Source: Candidatus Latescibacterota bacterium (GTDB lineage: Bacteria > Latescibacterota > UBA2968). Taken from it: a stretch of DNA of 64,000 bases. The notes under the pieces are model-generated. The model did no database searches, was not told the origin of the DNA, and saw nothing but the letters and a program-made list of their open reading frames with translations. The position numbers and the translations under genes were made by a program. Positions 58,910-64,000 of this stretch are shown here, piece by piece (within the stretch, counting starts at the first letter, position 1; every line of letters begins with the position of its first letter). The stretch is from positions 1,184,001 to 1,248,000 of the forward strand of contig OZ242311.1 of NCBI GenBank assembly GCA_965207885.1, given 5' to 3'.

Positions 58910-60522
58910 GCTTGCTATACGTTCAAAATTTGGGCGTGCATTTCCAGCTCGAAGACCAGGTCGTCGAAGCTGTGCGCGGCGTATCGTTTCACATTGAAAA
59001 AGGTGAAACCATTGCACTGGTAGGCGAATCGGGATCGGGCAAATCCGTCTCGGCACTTTCCGTAATGCAATTGCTGCCCTATCCACGCGCCTCGCATCCA
59101 CACGGCAGCGTACAATTTGACGGAGAGGAAATGCTGGGCGCGCCGCAAGAGCGACTGCAACAACTGCGCGGCGACCGCATTGCGATGATTTTTCAAGAGC
59201 CGATGACCTCCTTGAATCCGCTGCATACAATTGAGAAACAAATCGGCGAAACCCTGATGTTGCACCGCAAAATGACGCGGGCGCAAGCGCGTGAACACAC
59301 GATAGACTTATTGCAAAAAGTACACTTGCCCGACCCCGAAACGCGCCTCAAATCCTATCCCCACCAGCTATCGGGCGGTCAACGCCAACGCGTAATGATC
59401 GCCATGGCCCTGGCCAATGAGCCGGATTTGCTAATTGCCGATGAACCTACAACTGCGCTGGATGTGACGATTCAAGCGCAGATTTTAAAATTGCTCAAAG
59501 ACCTGCAAGACGAATTTGGCATGGCGATTTTGCTCATCACACACGACCTGACAATCGTGCGCCATGTAGCGGATCGCGTCTATGTAATGACACAGGGAAA
59601 AATTGTAGAAGAAGGAGACACCGCGCGCATCTTCGAGCAGCCGCAACACACCTATACACAAAAACTTCTAAATGCACAGCCAAAGGGAACAGCAACCGCG
59701 CTGAACGGATCGACACCCATCGTGATCGAGGCGGATAATCTGAAAGTGTGGTTTCCTATTCAGCGGGGATTTTTGCGGCGAACCATCGGGCATATAAAAG
59801 CCGTAGATGGCATTTCAGTAACCATTCGCGCCGGACATACCGTCGGCGTTGTCGGCGAGTCCGGATCGGGCAAAACAACACTGGGATTGGCCCTCTTGCG
59901 ATTGCTGAGCAGTCAGGGACCAATTGAGTTTAACGGACAGGGCATTCAGGGCCTGCCGAGCAAAGTACTGCGCCCCTTGAGGCGAGAGATGCAAATTGTT
60001 TTTCAAGATCCCTTTGGATCCTTAAGCCCGCGCCTATCGGTCTTTCACATTATTGCCGAGGGATTGCGGGTTCACAACATGGGAGACAGCGATCACAAAC
60101 GCCGAGACCTCGTAGCAGAAATAATGGATGAAGTAGGGCTTGAACCCGAAATGATGGACCGGTTTCCACACGAGTTCTCGGGCGGCCAACGGCAGCGCAT
60201 TGCCATAGCACGCGCCATGGTATTGCGCCCCCGATTTGTGGTCCTGGACGAACCCACAAGCGCGCTGGACATGACTGTGCAGTCGCAAATTATCGACTTG
60301 CTTCGGCGCTTGCAAAAAGATCACGATCTGGCTTATTTATTTATCAGCCACGACTTGCGGGTCGTGCGCGCACTCGCCAATGAACTCGTCGTGATGAAGG
60401 ACGGCGTCGTTGTAGAACACGGCGCAACAGAAACCGTATTTGCAAATCCACTAACAGATTATACGCGGGAATTGATTACAGCGGCATTTGATATCGATGT
60501 TGTCGATGGGGAGGTCCAATGA
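58906..60522 (+). CDS. yejF: ABC transporter ATP-binding protein with two ATPase domains
   Basis: Two GESGSGK Walker A motifs and two SGGQRQR signatures. Confidence 0.9.
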   Translation: MSLLYVQNLGVHFQLEDQVVEAVRGVSFHIEKGETIALVGESGSGKSVSALSVMQLLPYPRASHPHGSVQFDGEEMLGAPQERLQQLRGDRIAMIFQEPMTSLNPLHTIEKQIGETLMLHRKMTRAQAREHTIDLLQKVHLPDPETRLKSYPHQLSGGQRQRVMIAMALANEPDLLIADEPTTALDVTIQAQILKLLKDLQDEFGMAILLITHDLTIVRHVADRVYVMTQGKIVEEGDTARIFEQPQHTYTQKLLNAQPKGTATALNGSTPIVIEADNLKVWFPIQRGFLRRTIGHIKAVDGISVTIRAGHTVGVVGESGSGKTTLGLALLRLLSSQGPIEFNGQGIQGLPSKVLRPLRREMQIVFQDPFGSLSPRLSVFHIIAEGLRVHNMGDSDHKRRDLVAEIMDEVGLEPEMMDRFPHEFSGGQRQRIAIARAMVLRPRFVVLDEPTSALDMTVQSQIIDLLRRLQKDHDLAYLFISHDLRVVRALANELVVMKDGVVVEHGATETVFANPLTDYTRELITAAFDIDVVDGEVQ

Positions 60523-61493
60523 ATCAACTCGTCAATCAAAACGGTCAAATTATTCCGCTCACTTCGCTGACAGAGTGGAAAGAAAAGCGCGCAAAAATTC
60601 TCGAAGCAGCGCAAAAAATAATGGGTCCTTTACCGGAAGACGAGAAGCGATGTCCCCTCGCCGTGGATCTGGTAGAAGAAGTGGATTGCGGGACGTATAT
60701 CAGGCGAATGATCACCTACGCCGCAGAACCCGGCGACCGCGCACGGGCGTATCTGCTAATCCCAAAACAGGCGTTGGATGGTCATGAATGTCCAGCCGCC
60801 TTGTGTCCACACCCAACGCATGCGACATTGGGATACAAAACCGTCGTGGGACTGGGCGACCGCCCCAATCGGGCTTATGCCAGCGAATTGGCCGAACGCG
60901 GCTTTGTCACCATCGCACCGTCCTATCCCATGCTCGCGGAATATTGGCCCGATGTATTCGGTCTGGGCTATGAAAGTGGAACCATGAAGGCGATATGGGA
61001 CAATATCCGGGCGATTGATTTACTGGAAACACTACCGTATGTAAAGCGGGGATCCATCGGGGCAATCGGGCACTCTCTGGGCGGACACAACTCGGTCTAT
61101 ACCGCTGTTTTTGAGCCGCGCATCGGCGTTGTGATATCGAGTTGTGGACTGGATTCTTACATAGACTACAAAGACGGTAATCTCGCTGGATGGACGCAAG
61201 ATCGGTACATGCCCAAATTGAAAAATTACGCCCATCGGCTGTGGGATATACCCTTTGATTTTCACGACTTAATCGCGGCATTGGCACCCCGACCCTGTTT
61301 TATTGCCGCGCCTTTGCGCGATAGCAATTTCAAATGGCAAAGTGTAGATGCCGTTGTCAACGCAGCCACTCGCGTGTACGAACTTTACTATGCAACAGAA
61401 AATCTGATTGTCGAACACCCCGATTGCGAGCACGATTTTCCCAATGCCATGCGCGAACAGGCGTATCAATTATTTGAAAAACACCTTGGATAA
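60519..61493 (+). CDS. Alpha/beta hydrolase (dienelactone hydrolase/acetyl esterase-like)
   Basis: GHSLGG nucleophile, ALAPRP, EHDF. Confidence 0.85.
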   Translation: MNQLVNQNGQIIPLTSLTEWKEKRAKILEAAQKIMGPLPEDEKRCPLAVDLVEEVDCGTYIRRMITYAAEPGDRARAYLLIPKQALDGHECPAALCPHPTHATLGYKTVVGLGDRPNRAYASELAERGFVTIAPSYPMLAEYWPDVFGLGYESGTMKAIWDNIRAIDLLETLPYVKRGSIGAIGHSLGGHNSVYTAVFEPRIGVVISSCGLDSYIDYKDGNLAGWTQDRYMPKLKNYAHRLWDIPFDFHDLIAALAPRPCFIAAPLRDSNFKWQSVDAVVNAATRVYELYYATENLIVEHPDCEHDFPNAMREQAYQLFEKHLG

Positions 61494-61505
61494 CTCGAGA
61501 GACCC

Positions 61506-62795
61506 ATGCAAAGCAAAGTCGCTGTCCTCCGCACATCGCCGCGTACCGTTTTTGAAGACTACCACCGCCTGCTCAATCTGGCGGATTACCAAAATATAAT
61601 TGCCAAAGAGGTGGAAACCGCGCTCAAAATCAATATTTCCTGGCACTTCTTTTTCCCCGGATGTTCCACAACACCGTGGCAACTCGACGGTGTTATCCGC
61701 GCCATGAAACGGGATGGCTACGATCCCGACCTCATTCACGGCTGCCACAACCGAACCGTGGTCATCGACGCGCGTTTGGGCGAAAAAGAAAACAAACACC
61801 TCCCCGTCATCGAAGCGCACGGCTTGAGAAATATACATCTCTACGAAGGCGAAGAATGGATCAACGTACGCGATGCAGTCGGCGACCTCACCGAAAAATT
61901 TCTCTGCCTGAACGAAGTCTATCCCAAAGGTTTTCACATTCCCAAACGCTTTATCGATGAAAACATCATCCATTTTCCCACCGTCAAAACCCACGTCTTT
62001 ACCACCACCACAGGCGCCATGAAAAACGCCTTTGGCGGCCTGCTCAACGAACGCCGTCACTGGACCCACCCGGTCATTCACGAAACCCTCGTCGATCTGC
62101 TCATGATTCAAAAGAAAATCCACCGCGGTGTCTTTGCAGTCATGGACGGCACCTTTGCAGGCGATGGCCCCGGTCCGCGCTGTATGATCCCCCACACCAA
62201 AAACGTCATCCTCGCCAGTGCCGACCAGGTCGCCATTGACGCAGTCGCCGCCAAAATGATGGGCTTTGACCCACTTTCAATCAAATACATCCGCATAGCA
62301 CACGACCTGGGCCTGGGATGCGGGGATCCCACCCAAATCGAAATTGTGGGCGATTTGGACGCCGCAGAAGAGAATTGGGACTTTGTTGGCCCGTACAAAA
62401 AAATGACCTTTGCCTCTAAAATGCAGCACAAGATCTACTGGGGGAGCCTCAAAAAACCCATCGAATGGTCGCTCAAAACCATCCTCGCACCCTGGGCTTA
62501 TATGGCTTCGGTGCTCTACCACGACAGTTTCTGGTATCCTTTTCATGCTAAAAATAAAATGCAAGATGTACTAAACAGCGACTGGGGCCGCCTCTTCCGC
62601 AACTGGGAACACCTCACCCCCAACGCACAGGGCTTTCCCGACGTAGGCGACACCTCTGCAAAACTCAAAAAAACGAACCTGCAAGCCCTGAGGGATTCAT
62701 TCGGCATCTTGCGCGATTGTATTGTCGAAGCCCCCGAATTCATCCAGTCGCGCAAAAGAGAAAACACCCTGCACACCCATGACCGAAAACATTAA
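61506..62795 (+). CDS. DUF362-domain protein
   Basis: LKIN, PTVKTH, TGAMKNAFG, VMDG...GDGP, DQVAIDA. Confidence 0.85.
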   Translation: MQSKVAVLRTSPRTVFEDYHRLLNLADYQNIIAKEVETALKINISWHFFFPGCSTTPWQLDGVIRAMKRDGYDPDLIHGCHNRTVVIDARLGEKENKHLPVIEAHGLRNIHLYEGEEWINVRDAVGDLTEKFLCLNEVYPKGFHIPKRFIDENIIHFPTVKTHVFTTTTGAMKNAFGGLLNERRHWTHPVIHETLVDLLMIQKKIHRGVFAVMDGTFAGDGPGPRCMIPHTKNVILASADQVAIDAVAAKMMGFDPLSIKYIRIAHDLGLGCGDPTQIEIVGDLDAAEENWDFVGPYKKMTFASKMQHKIYWGSLKKPIEWSLKTILAPWAYMASVLYHDSFWYPFHAKNKMQDVLNSDWGRLFRNWEHLTPNAQGFPDVGDTSAKLKKTNLQALRDSFGILRDCIVEAPEFIQSRKRENTLHTHDRKH

Positions 62796-63756
62796 CCGCT
62801 TATTCCGCGACAAACTGCCGGAACAGCGCATTGCAAAAATCGAACCGCTCTCTGAAACTCGGGCGCACACAGTCTGGAAAGTCACGACGGACCACTCGGT
62901 ATTTGCTGTAAAACACCACCTCTTTGCATCGCTCACCCGCGGCAAACCATATCACTTGCTCGCCGTTGAACAAAAAGTCACGAACCATCTCCTCGCCAAT
63001 GGCGCCCCGGTCCCCCGCATCATAGCGACCGACCACGACCTCGTCATCTACGAATGGTGTGGCAATCACACCCTTGACGACATCTGCCAGACCACTGCCC
63101 CCAGCCCATTCGCGCACAGCATCATCAACACCCTTTGCGCGCTTGAAAAAGCCTTTTGCAAACACAGCGCCAAATTCATCCCGCACATTGCGCCCGGATG
63201 TAGCGCGGATGAATTGCGAAAACAGTGGCATAGCACCACCCAATCACTCACAGAAACGCTTCCATCACTCGTACGCGACCCAAATGCCTCAGATCTTCCA
63301 TCAACCTGGGAAACCCTCGTAAACGAACTCATCCACGCACCGCCAGTAATCGGTCCCACCGACTACAACGCCCGCAACATCGCGTGTCCAAATCCAGAAA
63401 CAGCAACCGTTCTCGAACTCGCCAAAATTGGCTATGACTGGCCCGAACGCCGCCTGGTACAATACACGACATCGCTCGGCGCGCACAATCCCCGCGGTCG
63501 CATCATTGGCCTTCTCACACCAGCGCTTGCGCAATACTACGCACATCTTGCATCAAAATTGTACTCGACCCCGATCAAAACCATCCTCCTGCGCCTCGAT
63601 GCACATCACCTCATCTATCACCTGTTCGCAGCCCATATATGCCTGACAACGCCACACTGGCAAAATATCAAAACCCGCCTGGCACAACACAAAAGTCATA
63701 TATCCCAGCCCCTGTCCGACCACCCCCTGGTGAACAAATTCCGCGCGTATTTTTAA
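62779..63756 (+). CDS. Aminoglycoside/choline phosphotransferase-like protein
   Basis: FAVK, PVPRII, PTDYNARNI (Brenner-like motif); the DFG-equivalent is degenerate (ELAKIG). Confidence 0.55.
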   Translation: MTENINRLFRDKLPEQRIAKIEPLSETRAHTVWKVTTDHSVFAVKHHLFASLTRGKPYHLLAVEQKVTNHLLANGAPVPRIIATDHDLVIYEWCGNHTLDDICQTTAPSPFAHSIINTLCALEKAFCKHSAKFIPHIAPGCSADELRKQWHSTTQSLTETLPSLVRDPNASDLPSTWETLVNELIHAPPVIGPTDYNARNIACPNPETATVLELAKIGYDWPERRLVQYTTSLGAHNPRGRIIGLLTPALAQYYAHLASKLYSTPIKTILLRLDAHHLIYHLFAAHICLTTPHWQNIKTRLAQHKSHISQPLSDHPLVNKFRAYF

Positions 63757-63764
63757 AAAATAAA

Positions 63765-63789
63765 GGCGATCCCATTTCCTGGGACCGCC
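63765..63789. terminator. Hairpin between convergent genes
   Basis: GGCGATCCCA-tttcc-TGGGACCGCC preceded by an A-rich tract, which is a U-tract on the minus strand. Confidence 0.6.
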
Positions 63790-63817
63790 ATTCCTATCCG
63801 TACAGCATACCCTGCAC

Positions 63818-64000
63818 CTACGCGATATCTATCACCCGCTCAAAAATTGCCCGCGTCTGTGCCATATCGTTCTTCAAAACATCTTCAAACACCTCAGCCG
63901 TATCAAACCCCATCGCCCGTGCCACTGCTGTCAACGCGCGGTCTTCGGTGGGCAAATGGGTGCGTGCCTGCTCGTCCTGGCGCCTGATCACTTTTTCTAC
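63818..64000 (-). CDS. glnE: 3' end of a probable glutamine synthetase adenylyltransferase (partial)
   Basis: Manual translation VEKVIRRQDEQARTHLPTEDRALTAVARAMGFDTAEVFEDVLKNDMAQTRAIFERVIDIA* resembles the GlnE C-terminal helices. Confidence 0.6.
   Translation of the reverse strand, partial: VEKVIRRQDEQARTHLPTEDRALTAVARAMGFDTAEVFEDVLKNDMAQTRAIFERVIDIA

Noticed and set aside
1-64000. CRISPR array, tRNA or rRNA genes, prophage
   Set aside because: No regularly spaced repeats, cloverleaf or rRNA signatures, or phage structural genes were seen; intergenic gaps are short.

Overview
A gene-dense bacterial window (standard genetic code; many genes end in TGA). It is dominated by carbohydrate, sulfate-ester and amide catabolism: two sulfatases, amidohydrolases, a heparinase II/III-like protein, a PL1 pectate lyase, aldo/keto reductases, dehydrogenases and two large DUF6785-like membrane proteins. 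Core genes include leuB, nagB, pgl, oadGBA with birA, yejABEF and the 3' end of glnE. The first ~12.5 kb is an accessory/defence region: McrBC, an Rpn-family nuclease, a complete IS3-family element abutting a truncated HAD gene, a PD-(D/E)XK nuclease pair and one nonsense-disrupted hydrolase. The strongest hidden signal is an ArsC-family gene at 12665-13015, which the ORF track truncates. Its catalytic Cys12 codon is an in-frame TGA followed by a SECIS-like hairpin, so it is a probable selenoprotein. Other notable items are an AAGGAGG-ATG internal start in the Rpn gene (candidate intragenic antitoxin), a Fluc/CrcB channel sandwiched between two paralogous unknown membrane proteins, an 8xCxxC repeat protein and a tandem degenerate plus AGDEF cyclase. 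All calls come from motif recognition by eye; no database searches were run. The gene content is reminiscent of Poribacteria/Latescibacterota-type heterotrophs, but that is only an impression.
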